From: Marispirochaeta sp.
GTDB lineage: Bacteria; Spirochaetota; Spirochaetia; JC444; Marispirochaetaceae
Assembly: GCA_963676835.2 (NCBI GenBank)
Contig: CAXXFF010000001.1
Location: 640,001-704,000, forward strand
Length of the DNA stretch: 64,000 nucleotides
Reading direction: 5' to 3'
Under the pieces are notes generated by a model. It ran no database searches and had not been told where the DNA came from. It was given only the letters and a program-made list of their open reading frames with translations. Below are positions 11,529 to 21,361 of this stretch, piece after piece; within the stretch, counting starts at the first letter, position 1; the number at the start of each line of letters is the position of its first letter. Both the position numbers and the translations under genes were made by a program.

Positions 11529-12689
11529 TTAGTATCTGAATTCAAGTCCAATTATAACATTGTAAACCGGCTGCATTCCCGGCTCTATACTCTCTTCTGA
11601 CCCGTACATGGCCAGGTTGAATTTTGCGAAGTTCAGATCCACCCCAAGGCCCGCAGACAGCAGTCCTTCGGACACGCCAGCCCGGAGAGAAAGAATCTCC
11701 AGCATGCTGAACTCTCCCCCTACCCCTATGTGCAGCACAGGGTTGGTAGCCAGTTCAGGGAACATGAGAAAATCGAGCATATCCCGGTAATCAAGATAGA
11801 GATCGATATCGCTGAAGTAATCACGGAATACACCTAGTGGCGGTGAGTAGCGGAATCCGGCATGCAGCTGAAAGGGAAGAACTCCTCCGGAGGTATCCGT
11901 AGCGGCGGTTCCATCCAGATATTCATTCATACTGGCATAACTGGTACGCAGGGTGGGACTGAATACATCCTCACCCATGAGTCCAAAGCCGAAGTGGTCT
12001 CCATAACTGTAGAGTACTCCCAGGTCAAAGCCGATTCCGCTGATATTGGCATAAGGCTCATCCATAATCAGACCGGGGCCTATATTATTCAGAAAATCGT
12101 TTATCAGAAGCAGCGAATAGGTAAAGCCGCTTTCGCTTCGGAGAAAACCCTTCATGCTGACACCCACATCTAAGGTGTGCTTTGTGCCCTCAAAGGCGGG
12201 GATACGGAATGCATAGCCTCCAACCAGGATCATCTCTTCTGTAATGGTGGACGCTACATCGGTGGTTGTCGGGGTTTCAAAAAGAATATCTGTATGATTG
12301 TAAATCCCGAAACCGATGCCGTCTCCCACAAAACCGACAGCAATTGGACCAAGCATATCCATGCCGGCATTCAGGCCGCTGAATATTTCCCAGGTTTTCG
12401 GGTTACTGACCAGATCGCCACCCTCAAGAAAGAGGTTGGTCATATCGAATATGGGACCGCTCAGGTTGAGGGTAAGTTCAGACACCGAAAGCTCCGGCTC
12501 GGCGGACCTGTAGCCTGCAGGGTTGCTCCAGAGTGCGGAAACATCATCTGCCAGCGCTGCATGATACCCGCCAAGGGCTGCCATGCGGGCCGACGGTATT
12601 TCTATACTTGGCTCTGTATGGAGGTCGATAGAGAATAGCGAAACTGAGAGCACAGACAAACTAACAATGATGCAAAATAAATGTTTCAC
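11529..12689 (-). CDS. Outer-membrane beta-barrel protein, FadL/TraF-like
   Basis: Signal peptide, SARMAALGG and WSNPAG hatch-like motifs, alternating beta-strand pattern, C-terminal beta-signal IGLEFRY. GTG start with RBS GGAGG. Confidence 0.75.
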   Translation of the reverse strand: MKHLFCIIVSLSVLSVSLFSIDLHTEPSIEIPSARMAALGGYHAALADDVSALWSNPAGYRSAEPELSVSELTLNLSGPIFDMTNLFLEGGDLVSNPKTWEIFSGLNAGMDMLGPIAVGFVGDGIGFGIYNHTDILFETPTTTDVASTITEEMILVGGYAFRIPAFEGTKHTLDVGVSMKGFLRSESGFTYSLLLINDFLNNIGPGLIMDEPYANISGIGFDLGVLYSYGDHFGFGLMGEDVFSPTLRTSYASMNEYLDGTAATDTSGGVLPFQLHAGFRYSPPLGVFRDYFSDIDLYLDYRDMLDFLMFPELATNPVLHIGVGGEFSMLEILSLRAGVSEGLLSAGLGVDLNFAKFNLAMYGSEESIEPGMQPVYNVIIGLEFRY

Positions 12690-12703
12690 TATTCCTCCAA
12701 AAA

Positions 12704-13351
12704 TCAGGAATCTCCATTAAAAATATCATCAAACTCTTCAGGATCATAGCCAGCTGCGGTCAGATACGCTGCTGCATCTGCCAGTGCGGCAGGGGGCGAG
12801 TCCCAATCGACAGTAGTTAAATCACCACTTCCAGCCTCAGCTATATCCCCATCAAGATCAGGGTCAAGATACTCAATAATAATAGCAGCAGCTGCTGCTG
12901 CATATTGTCCCTCGGTAGGAGTTATGCCTTGGGCTATTGCTGCAGCTATATGATTGTCAACATCTGTTAGCATAGCTAAATCCATATCTTCCAACACAGT
13001 ATCTATATCAACACTGCCGGGGTCTGACATAACAGTTTCAAAGGTCTCTGATATCCCGCTAAGCCCCATGGCAAGATCCGCCGCAAGTAAATATTGCTCC
13101 GGATCATCAGCTGCAAGATCAACAATTTCATCATAGATATCAGCCATTGCAGCGGTATCTCCGGCTTCGAGTGCATCTTCCGCATAGGCTACCTGCTGAG
13201 TAGGCGGAAGATTCGAGGGATCCCGCTGGAGACCTTCCATGAGGCTGGTAGTGAAAAGTTCCTGACATGCGGAAAGCAGGAAAAATGCTGCCATTATCAA
13301 TAGAACAGCAGCTATCCTTATCTGTTTTCTATTACGGGAGATATCCTTCAT
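12704..13351 (-). CDS. Acidic hypothetical lipoprotein
   Basis: Lipobox LLSA-C after a basic N-terminus and hydrophobic stretch. RBS AAGGAGG. Confidence 0.8.
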   Translation of the reverse strand: MKDISRNRKQIRIAAVLLIMAAFFLLSACQELFTTSLMEGLQRDPSNLPPTQQVAYAEDALEAGDTAAMADIYDEIVDLAADDPEQYLLAADLAMGLSGISETFETVMSDPGSVDIDTVLEDMDLAMLTDVDNHIAAAIAQGITPTEGQYAAAAAAIIIEYLDPDLDGDIAEAGSGDLTTVDWDSPPAALADAAAYLTAAGYDPEEFDDIFNGDS

Positions 13352-13412
13352 GTTGATTCACCCTCCTTAATCCCTGCCGGCCGATAAACACGGCATGGTG
13401 ACTATAAGTATA

Positions 13413-14558
13413 TTAGAACCGGAGCCGCGCTTCCAGAGCTATCCCGCTCATTCCTTCTCCGCCTTCTGTTTGCGGCAGTTCAGAAAACCAGGAAACTCCC
13501 AGTCCAAGTATCGGCAGATCGAGATCAGCACCTAAACTGACTCCCCCGGCATTAAAGCCCCCGAGAAGTGAAAGCGGCCCGGGGAGGCCCAGATCGAATC
13601 CGGCAATTCCCTTTTCCGGAAGCTCCTTCAGACTTTCAACAGAGGCAAGATCCTGAACTTCCAGAAAAAGCGCAGGCTGCCATCTCTCAGCAGTTCCAGA
13701 ATTAAAGATATAGCGTAAGCCGCCATTAATCTTCATGGGAATAGCAAGCTCAACGGTATCATTGCCGCCGGAATCAGCCGCCGGGGCTCCATACAGACGC
13801 GAAACAGCCTCTCCGACATTACCGGAAACACTGCCCCTTAAGCGGGTATTCCCGACATCCCGAATGAGCACACCAGCACTCATTCCGCGATATGATACCG
13901 TTCCGCCAAGGTCAAAGGCAAAACCCGTGGCATACCATGGATCGGCCACCCCGGCAAGGATCTCATAGAGTTTTAATGGAGCACCCAGACTGGTACCCGC
14001 TTCCAGGGCTGTTGCTTCGCTGTATGTACCATATACCCGTGCCAGAGGACGGATATCCCCGGCTATGCAGATGTCCCAGTCACCGGGAGTTATTCCAACG
14101 GCATAGCCTATTACCGCAGAAAGATCGGCAGAGACATACCCTTCCACGCTGCTGCCGTCTGTGAAATTGAAGGTTTCGATACCGTTTAAAATCCCGAGAC
14201 CGACACCTTTGCCGGTGATTCCAGCCGAAAATGCCGCTCCCTCTCCATATCCATCCTCCGAAGCCTTCCGAACTTCCTCCTCAGAGGGATCTGAAGTGAA
14301 GGCAGTAAGAGCATCAAAGCCTGATGTGAGCCAGGGTGTTACCTGAAGCAGGGTATAATCCACATCTGTGGATCTCTTTATAGAAGCAGGATTGGTAAAA
14401 AGAGCACTTACCCCTTCGGCGCCGAAAACCGTCAGCCCTCCGAGAGCCGAAAGCCGGGTATCCCGGTAATTGAATGGTTCCAGGTTCTGGGAAAAAAGAT
14501 ATGCCCCGGGGGAGAAACAGATAAAAATTGTCAGCCACACAGTAAGTAAAAAGCGCAT
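13413..14558 (-). CDS. Outer-membrane beta-barrel protein, FadL/TraF-like (paralog of 11529..12689)
   Basis: Signal peptide, TRLSALGG and FTNPAS motifs, GFAFDLGG strand, C-terminal LEARLRF. Confidence 0.7.
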   Translation of the reverse strand: MRFLLTVWLTIFICFSPGAYLFSQNLEPFNYRDTRLSALGGLTVFGAEGVSALFTNPASIKRSTDVDYTLLQVTPWLTSGFDALTAFTSDPSEEEVRKASEDGYGEGAAFSAGITGKGVGLGILNGIETFNFTDGSSVEGYVSADLSAVIGYAVGITPGDWDICIAGDIRPLARVYGTYSEATALEAGTSLGAPLKLYEILAGVADPWYATGFAFDLGGTVSYRGMSAGVLIRDVGNTRLRGSVSGNVGEAVSRLYGAPAADSGGNDTVELAIPMKINGGLRYIFNSGTAERWQPALFLEVQDLASVESLKELPEKGIAGFDLGLPGPLSLLGGFNAGGVSLGADLDLPILGLGVSWFSELPQTEGGEGMSGIALEARLRF

Positions 14559-14702
14559 AATAACCCCGGCAGGTCTGAATCAGGATTCAACGCAGCCTGC
14601 CCATGAACCTCAGGGTATAAGTATACTGCAATTGAATCGCTCTTTCTTTTTTTCGGGTACAGTTCGGATAAAATTTACGCTTAAGGTCATAAATATATAT
14701 GG

Positions 14703-16022
14703 CTATAGAGGTTTTCCTGAAAGTCTTCCATCTATTTCTTCAAGCAGAGCCCGATAGGCCATCCCTTTTTTTGCGGAACCTGCCAGAGAAGACGGAACAT
14801 CCACATGAAGATAGTTCCCGGTAAGGCCCCGGCCGTTATCCTGACCTTCGGGTAAGGTTTCAACAACAACTCCTTCCTCCCGGCCAATCCAGCGCTCCGT
14901 ATAGGCTTTGAGCCAGCTGCTGCTCCTTTCCCGCAAAACAGCTGTATGCTCTCCGGTTATCCGCTCCGGAACATGGTGCTTAAAACCTGCAGCCGCAGTA
15001 CCCGGTCTGGAGGAATAGGGAAAAACATGCAGTGCAGCGGGCTCAATCTCCTCCAGCAGGGAAAGAGATGTGCGGAACGCCTGCTCGTTTTCTCCGGGGA
15101 ATCCCGCAATAATGTCTGCAGCAATAAAAGGGTCATCCTTTACCTGCCTGAGGAGCCTGACTCCTTCCAGTACCTTTTCGCCTGGATAACGCCGGGCCAT
15201 CTTTTCAAGCACCCCGTCATCTCCGGACTGTATGGGCAGATGAAAATGGGGACAAATTCTTGAATCAGCCAGAACCTCAATATGTTCCGGCACCAGCCAG
15301 TCGGGTTCAATTGAAGAGAGACGAAAGCGGGTGCGGGAGGTAGCAGCGAGAAGACTTTTCAACAGATCAGCAAGCCCATGTCCCCTGGAGGAATAGAGGG
15401 AGAGGTTTATGCCGGTAAGCACAATCTCATCAAAACCATCCTCTTCAAGAGCTGCTGTACGCCGTACTATTTCATCAAGGTCGAGGGAGACTGAATCCCC
15501 TCTGGCAAGAGTAACCCTGCAGTAGGTACAGGCGTTGTCACAGCCGTCCTGGATTTTAAGAAAGGGCCGGGAATGGTCAGTAAATGTCCGGGCGTTGAAC
15601 TCAAAACGATCCTGCGGATCCGGACGGCCGCCGGAAAGGATATGCCGGACCCCCTCCTCCACCAGAGATGCACCGCAGCCGGAATCATTCAGATAGAGCG
15701 GAAGATTGAGCAGCATCGACTTCTGTTCCCCCGAAACAACCGCAACCCTGGGCCCCAGAGATTCAAAAACATCGGGATCCATCTGGGCATAACAGCCGGT
15801 AACAATAACTGTTGCATCGGGATGCTCCCGGGAAAACCTGCGGATCATCCGCCGGGCTTTCTGCTCAGACTTGGAGGTAACCGTACAGGTATTTACCACA
15901 TAAATGTCTGCAGCCTCCGAGGGAGGTACAATAAAAAAGCCCTGACTTCCAAAGGAAGAAGCCAGGGCTTCGCTTTCACACTGATTGAGCTTACAGCCCA
16001 GTGTATAAAAGGCAACCCTCAT
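14703..16022 (-). CDS. mtaB: tRNA t6A37 methylthiotransferase (radical SAM)
   Basis: TLGCKLNQCES, NTCTVT, VTGCYAQ, LKIQDGCDNACTYC, HVFPYSSRPGT. Confidence 0.92.
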   Translation of the reverse strand: MRVAFYTLGCKLNQCESEALASSFGSQGFFIVPPSEAADIYVVNTCTVTSKSEQKARRMIRRFSREHPDATVIVTGCYAQMDPDVFESLGPRVAVVSGEQKSMLLNLPLYLNDSGCGASLVEEGVRHILSGGRPDPQDRFEFNARTFTDHSRPFLKIQDGCDNACTYCRVTLARGDSVSLDLDEIVRRTAALEEDGFDEIVLTGINLSLYSSRGHGLADLLKSLLAATSRTRFRLSSIEPDWLVPEHIEVLADSRICPHFHLPIQSGDDGVLEKMARRYPGEKVLEGVRLLRQVKDDPFIAADIIAGFPGENEQAFRTSLSLLEEIEPAALHVFPYSSRPGTAAAGFKHHVPERITGEHTAVLRERSSSWLKAYTERWIGREEGVVVETLPEGQDNGRGLTGNYLHVDVPSSLAGSAKKGMAYRALLEEIDGRLSGKPL

Positions 16023-16690
16023 GCGCCGTTCATTTTATTCGACGCCCGCTCTTTACCCCGGAGGGCATCCGAAAGGGACGGGTTGAGTTTCAGGGCCTGA
16101 TCATAGGCTTCCATGGCAAAGGCGAAATCTTCCGCCATCTCCCGGGCATAGCCCAGACGGGCCCACCAGCGGGCCACCGTTGGCCGATGATAAACCGCTG
16201 TTGAGAAGGCAATATCTGCATGGTTAAACTCCCCGATGCGAATAAAAACCTCTCCCATAAAATAATAGACCATACCGATTCTGTCGCCGGTGGGAGCAAG
16301 CACGGTATATTCCTCAAAGTATTTCAGGGAATCGACATTATTGCCCAGATAATAATTCGCCTCCGCGGCAATCTCAACAACCCGGTGATCATAGCGGGAT
16401 ATTTCCAGCCCTTTCAGTGAATAGTCCAGGGCTTCCTGGTATCGCTTCAGGGAAATCAGACTCCAGCCGAGGACTGTGAAGGAATTCATGTTACGGGGAG
16501 AAATTTCCAGCTCCGAAAGACAGACATTCACCGCCTTCGCATACTCGCCCTGCTGGTACATAGCCAGGGCGTCGGGGCGGTCCTGGGCTGCCAGGGGCAG
16601 AACAAGCAAAACAAGAAGTGACCCGATTACAATCCGGTTCTTAAGTGTACAGTTCATTACAGTGTCCTTATTTTTGTCCCAGATTCTCAA
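16019..16690 (-). CDS. Exported TPR-repeat protein
   Basis: Signal peptide (LPLAA-Q) and several TPR units. The start may be the ATG at 16657. Confidence 0.85.
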   Translation of the reverse strand: MRIWDKNKDTVMNCTLKNRIVIGSLLVLLVLPLAAQDRPDALAMYQQGEYAKAVNVCLSELEISPRNMNSFTVLGWSLISLKRYQEALDYSLKGLEISRYDHRVVEIAAEANYYLGNNVDSLKYFEEYTVLAPTGDRIGMVYYFMGEVFIRIGEFNHADIAFSTAVYHRPTVARWWARLGYAREMAEDFAFAMEAYDQALKLNPSLSDALRGKERASNKMNGA

Positions 16691-17048
16691 CTTCGGAGGG
16701 TGATTTCATGGTGCAGATACCGTTAAAACGGCAGCCGCTCTCCATTACGATATCGGGAGCAGTTATATCGCCGTCAACACTGGCGGAGGCAAAAAGCTCC
16801 ACCCTGGTGTCGGCAAGGATATCGCCTTTTACCGTTCCCTTTAAAGAGACAATATTAGCCTTTACCCGGGCTTCGACCACTGCATCTTCATCAATGTAAA
16901 GATCGCCGGAGGCATTTACGTCGCCGGTCAGCCGGCCCTTGATCATCAGGGACTTATCAAAATTGAGGGTTCCGGAGAAGTCAAAATCTTCCGCCAGAAT
17001 AGTATCTATTTCGTTTTCATCTACAGAATAAAACTGGTAATCCGACAT
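16668..17048 (-). CDS. Bactofilin (polymer-forming cytoskeletal protein)
   Basis: Beta-helix repeats (DTILAEDFDFSGTLNF, IKGRLTGDV, VDGDITAPDIVMESGCRFNG). RBS AAGGAG. Confidence 0.92.
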   Translation of the reverse strand: MSDYQFYSVDENEIDTILAEDFDFSGTLNFDKSLMIKGRLTGDVNASGDLYIDEDAVVEARVKANIVSLKGTVKGDILADTRVELFASASVDGDITAPDIVMESGCRFNGICTMKSPSEVENLGQK

Positions 17049-17101
17049 CAGGTTCTCCTTTTTGCCGTGGCCTAAACTCTATCCGCGCCATGAGCGTGCT
17101 G

Positions 17102-17842
17102 TCAAGCGGGCAGACCGGGGACTTCTTTCAATTTATCCATAAAGCGGTCCAGGGACTCTTTCAGCGACTGCCGCATCTCATGGGTATGAGGATTAAAACG
17201 CTGAAGATCCAGAAATAGCTGCTCCGGGTCGTTACAGGTCTGTTCGATAATCTGCAGCAGGCTGGTATACCCCAAAGTGGCCATGGGACTGGGCTGAAGA
17301 TGAAGATCATCGAGCACCCGGCCCAGGAAGTGGGTTATCCCCTGGGTATATGCCGCTGTTTTGTCATGTTCATCAGGCGTAAGTTCCACCATGTCAACCT
17401 CGAGGGAGGCAAAAAGGTCACGGAGAGCACGGTCATTTTCCGGTTCAAGACGTACCGGAGAATAGACAAGGGGAAGCCCGGCTATTCCGTTGGCTCCGGA
17501 ATCCGGTCCGAACATGGGATGACTTGCGGCAATCTGAATACTATCGGGCAGCCATTTTTCCATAACCGAAACGGGATACACTTTTACTGAACAGGTATCC
17601 ATAACTACCGTTCCAGGCTTCAGCTTTGGAGCAATGCGTTTAACCACATCCTCCACTGCGGAAATAGCCACACACAGGATAATCACATCGCAGTTGAGCA
17701 GGGCATCTTCATCCACCTGCTCAATTCGGGGATCAAGGCCCTCTTTAGCCCTTCGGGAATATCCTGCAACGGAAGTTTTTTTTGCCAGTTCTGCCGCCCA
17801 GAAGGCGCCGAATCGGCCTAATCCATAGACACCGAGTTTCAT
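17102..17842 (-). CDS. tyrA: Prephenate/arogenate dehydrogenase
   Basis: MKLGVYGLGRFG Rossmann motif, DTCSVK, HPMFGP, TPDEHD...TQGITH. Confidence 0.88.
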   Translation of the reverse strand: MKLGVYGLGRFGAFWAAELAKKTSVAGYSRRAKEGLDPRIEQVDEDALLNCDVIILCVAISAVEDVVKRIAPKLKPGTVVMDTCSVKVYPVSVMEKWLPDSIQIAASHPMFGPDSGANGIAGLPLVYSPVRLEPENDRALRDLFASLEVDMVELTPDEHDKTAAYTQGITHFLGRVLDDLHLQPSPMATLGYTSLLQIIEQTCNDPEQLFLDLQRFNPHTHEMRQSLKESLDRFMDKLKEVPGLPA

Positions 17843-17943
17843 GATCTGGAATACTATACGCAACACTCTTTATAAGCAAGTATCAGCAATCCAGGCATGA
17901 CAGAAGAGAAAGTCGTGCTGTGGCATATCAGGAGCCGATTTTT

Positions 17944-18522
17944 ATGAAAATTTGTGTTTATTGTTCATCCAGCGATGCAGTACCGGCAAAATACCTCAAG
18001 GCAGCCGAAGAGACCGGCAGAGTTCTGGCATCCCGGGGGCACAGCCTTGTATACGGCGGTGCCAGCGTCGGCTCCATGGGGGCAGTCGCCAGGGGGGCCA
18101 AGGAGAACGGAGGATTCGTAACCGGGGTAATCCCCGAAAAACTGCATAATCACGGCCTTTCTTTCAGCGGCCTTGATAAAGAGATTATCACCCCTAAAAT
18201 GAGGGAGCGGAAGATGATTATGGAGGAGGAGGCGGATGCCTTTCTTGCCCTCCCCGGGGGAATAGGCACCCTGGAAGAGATATTCGAAGTAATGGTACTG
18301 AAACAGCTGGGATATCACAACAGACCGGTAGTTTTTGCCGATATAGACGGTTTTTACACTCCCCTCGCAGGCTTTCTGGAAAATCTTTACCGGGAAAACT
18401 TTATGAAAGAACGTACCAGGGGGCAGTATTTTATGGCGGATTCCGTCCAGGCTGCCATTGAGTACATTGAAAATTATACTCCGCCGGAAGCCGTCGATAA
18501 ATGGTTCAACCATTCTTCATAA
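17944..18522 (+). CDS. LOG-family nucleotide phosphoribohydrolase
   Basis: ICVYCSSS, LVYGG, MRERK, LPGGIGTLEE. Confidence 0.92.
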   Translation: MKICVYCSSSDAVPAKYLKAAEETGRVLASRGHSLVYGGASVGSMGAVARGAKENGGFVTGVIPEKLHNHGLSFSGLDKEIITPKMRERKMIMEEEADAFLALPGGIGTLEEIFEVMVLKQLGYHNRPVVFADIDGFYTPLAGFLENLYRENFMKERTRGQYFMADSVQAAIEYIENYTPPEAVDKWFNHSS

Positions 18523-18607
18523 ACTGAGGTCCCACCCCCTTTTTATGCCACCTTCTTTCTGGTAGGATACTGCATACCGCCCGGAAATTTAAGGAGATTT
18601 AACTACC

Positions 18608-19603
18608 ATGAGTTTTGCAGAAAAAATGCTTGATAAAGCCCAAAAGAAGGCAGCCCGACTTGTTCTGGCGGAAGGAACCGAACCGAGAACTGTTCAGGCA
18701 GCCAAGATCATTATCGACAAGAAAATTGCCAAAGAGGTAAGTCTTATCGGAAAGATCGATGACATCAAGGCTGTTGCCGCAGAGAATAACGTGGATCTCA
18801 GCGGGGTGACCCTGATTGATCCCGCCGCATCAGACAGACTTGATGCCTATGCCAAAGAATTCTATGAACTGCGCAAACATAAAGGAATGACCGAAGAAGA
18901 AGCAAAAGCAGCGATTCAGGATCCCCTCCGCTGGGGCTCCATGATGGTCCGCATAAGCGATGCCGATGCAATGGTTGCCGGAGCTGAAAATGCCACCGGA
19001 AAGGTCCTTGTTGCGGCATTCACCATAATCAAGACAGCTCCCGGAGTTAATTACGCTTCATCCTGCTTTGTAATGGCCCACCCTGATTCAAAATGGGGCG
19101 CCGACGGCAACATGATTTTCGCAGACTGTGCAACAATCCCGGACCCCACGGCGGAGCAGCTTGCAGAAATTGCCATAGCATCCGCTGAGTCCTGCAAAAC
19201 ATTCCTCGAAGCAGAACCACAGGTTGCCCTGCTTTCATTCTCCACCAAGGGATCAGCATCTCATCCCAATGTTGATAAAGTTGTCCAGGCCTTTAACCTG
19301 GTTAAGGAAAAAGCTCCCGACCTTAAGGTTGACGGCGAACTTCAGGCCGATGCAGCTCTTATCCCCGCAGTAGGCAGCAAGAAAGCTCCCGGATCAACCG
19401 TTGCCGGTAACGCCAACGTGCTGGTTTTCCCTGACCTTCAGGCTGGAAACATCGGCTACAAGCTGGTTGAACGCCTTGCCGGTGCCGAAGCATACGGACC
19501 GATCCTTCAGGGATTTGCAAAACCCGTGAGCGACCTTTCCAGAGGATGCAGCGTTGATGATATTGTAGTTACTTCTGCAATTACCCTGGCCCAGGTTAAA
19601 TAA
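18608..19603 (+). CDS. pta: Phosphate acetyltransferase
   Basis: [49 protein letters not shown]. Confidence 0.96.
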   Translation: MSFAEKMLDKAQKKAARLVLAEGTEPRTVQAAKIIIDKKIAKEVSLIGKIDDIKAVAAENNVDLSGVTLIDPAASDRLDAYAKEFYELRKHKGMTEEEAKAAIQDPLRWGSMMVRISDADAMVAGAENATGKVLVAAFTIIKTAPGVNYASSCFVMAHPDSKWGADGNMIFADCATIPDPTAEQLAEIAIASAESCKTFLEAEPQVALLSFSTKGSASHPNVDKVVQAFNLVKEKAPDLKVDGELQADAALIPAVGSKKAPGSTVAGNANVLVFPDLQAGNIGYKLVERLAGAEAYGPILQGFAKPVSDLSRGCSVDDIVVTSAITLAQVK

Positions 19604-19621
19604 GAGAGGACTACAGACCGC

Positions 19622-20368
19622 ATGCAGGTACTTATCGTAGGCTACGGGGCCATGGGCCACATGATAGAAGATATTCTCATCCGCCGGGGTCACACCATAG
19701 CCGGCAGGGTTGATCCTGCCGGAATTGGAGACGCTGCGGAGGTTACTCCGGAACTGCTGAAAAAAGCAGACGGGGTAATAGAGTTTTCCCTTGCAGGCGG
19801 ACTTCTGGACAACATACGCAAGTATGCAGAAGCCCGCATTCCCGCCGTAATAGGCACCACAGGATGGGAAGACAAAAGGGAGGAAGCACGTCAGATAATC
19901 CTTGATAATGGGTCAACCCTGCTCTGGGGAAACAACTTCTCCGTCGGGGCTAACCTGTTTTTCAACCTGGTAAGCCGTGCTGCATTTCTTATCAACGATA
20001 TAGAAGACTATGATATCATGGTAAACGAGTACCATCATAAGCGGAAAAAGGATTCTCCCTCGGGAACAGCCATAACCACCGCGGAAAAGATTATCGCAAA
20101 TCTGGACCGTAAAACGGTAATTCAGACAGAAACCCTTGATAGAGCCATTGAAGACAATGAACTTCATGTGGGCTCAGTCAGGGGCGGCTGGATTCCCGGT
20201 ATTCATACGGTTACCATGGATTCCGAGGCTGATACCATTGAGATAACCCACAACGCCCGCAGCAGAGGCGGTTTTGCCCTTGGTGCTGTCAGGGCAATGG
20301 AGTGGGTAGCGGGAAAAAACGGATTTTTCTCGGTAGATGATTTTATTAACGATATTTTACCCAGCTAA
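19622..20368 (+). CDS. dapB: 4-hydroxy-tetrahydrodipicolinate reductase
   Basis: GYGAMG, IGTTG, NFSVG, EYHHKRKKDSPSGTA, GFALGA. Confidence 0.95.
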   Translation: MQVLIVGYGAMGHMIEDILIRRGHTIAGRVDPAGIGDAAEVTPELLKKADGVIEFSLAGGLLDNIRKYAEARIPAVIGTTGWEDKREEARQIILDNGSTLLWGNNFSVGANLFFNLVSRAAFLINDIEDYDIMVNEYHHKRKKDSPSGTAITTAEKIIANLDRKTVIQTETLDRAIEDNELHVGSVRGGWIPGIHTVTMDSEADTIEITHNARSRGGFALGAVRAMEWVAGKNGFFSVDDFINDILPS

Positions 20369-20380
20369 GGGAGGTTCTTC

Positions 20381-21259
20381 ATGAAACTGGAAGGTGTTTA
20401 TACAGCCCTCGTTACCCCATTCAATAAAGACGGAAGCGTAGATACAGGAGCCCTGAAGGACCTGGTTGAAGCGCAGATACAGGGAGGCGTGGCAGGTCTG
20501 GTACCCATGGGAACCACCGGCGAAAGCGCAACCCTTAACCATACCGAGCATGTTGACGTTATTGGTATAGTTGTAGAAACAGCAAACGGCCGCGTACCGG
20601 TGATTGCCGGAACCGGGTCCAATTCCACCCAGGAAGCAATTGAGATGACCCGTCAGGCAGAGGAACTCGGTGCCGATGCCAGTCTGCAGGTTGCCCCCTA
20701 CTATAACAAACCCGGACAGGAAGGCTTCTACGCCCACTTTTCGGCTATTGCCGATGCGGTGGACATTCCCCATATTCTCTACAATATTCCCGGCCGCTGC
20801 GCCATGAATGTTGAGGCGGATACCATTATCAGACTGGCAAAGCACCCCAACATTGCGGGGGTAAAAGAAGCTTCCGGATCAATTGCCCAGGTTATGGAGA
20901 TTATCAATAACAGCCCTGACGATTTCGCAGTGCTCTCGGGAGATGACGCCTGGGCCTTCCCCATGGTTGCAATCGGCGGACAGGGAATAGTCTCTGTAGC
21001 CAGCAACATTATTCCCCGGAAAATGTCAGATATGATAGACGATGCCCTCAAAGGCAACATGGATGCAGCACGCAAGGCACACTACGGTCTGCTCTCCTTT
21101 TTCGGTGCACTCTTTGTAGAGACAAACCCGGTACCGGTTAAGTACGCCCTTTCGGTTCAGAAGAAGATGGAAGAGGTATACCGGCTGCCCATGGTTCCCC
21201 TCTCAGATTCCAGCAGAGAGACTGTAAAGAGCGCAATGAAGGCAATCGGCATTCTGTAG
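20381..21259 (+). CDS. dapA: 4-hydroxy-tetrahydrodipicolinate synthase
   Basis: ALVTPF, GTTGES, PYYNKP, LYNIPGR, GVKEAS, ETNPVPVK. Confidence 0.96.
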   Translation: MKLEGVYTALVTPFNKDGSVDTGALKDLVEAQIQGGVAGLVPMGTTGESATLNHTEHVDVIGIVVETANGRVPVIAGTGSNSTQEAIEMTRQAEELGADASLQVAPYYNKPGQEGFYAHFSAIADAVDIPHILYNIPGRCAMNVEADTIIRLAKHPNIAGVKEASGSIAQVMEIINNSPDDFAVLSGDDAWAFPMVAIGGQGIVSVASNIIPRKMSDMIDDALKGNMDAARKAHYGLLSFFGALFVETNPVPVKYALSVQKKMEEVYRLPMVPLSDSSRETVKSAMKAIGIL

Positions 21260-21302
21260 CCATACATATCACACCCTGATTTCCGGAAGGATACAGGACC
21301 AT

Positions 21303-21343
21303 AAAAAAGGCGGTACTCCTCATCTGAGGTGAACCGCCTTTTT
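21303..21343. terminator. Bidirectional intrinsic terminator between convergent genes
   Basis: AAAAAAGGCGGT...ACCGCCTTTTTT, an inverted repeat with A and T tails. Confidence 0.8.
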
Positions 21344-21361
21344 TACGTATTAACCGCTTTG

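Noticed and set aside
11529..14558. TraF-like barrels as a conjugation locus
   Set aside because: There is no relaxase, coupling protein, VirB4 or other transfer gene in the window.
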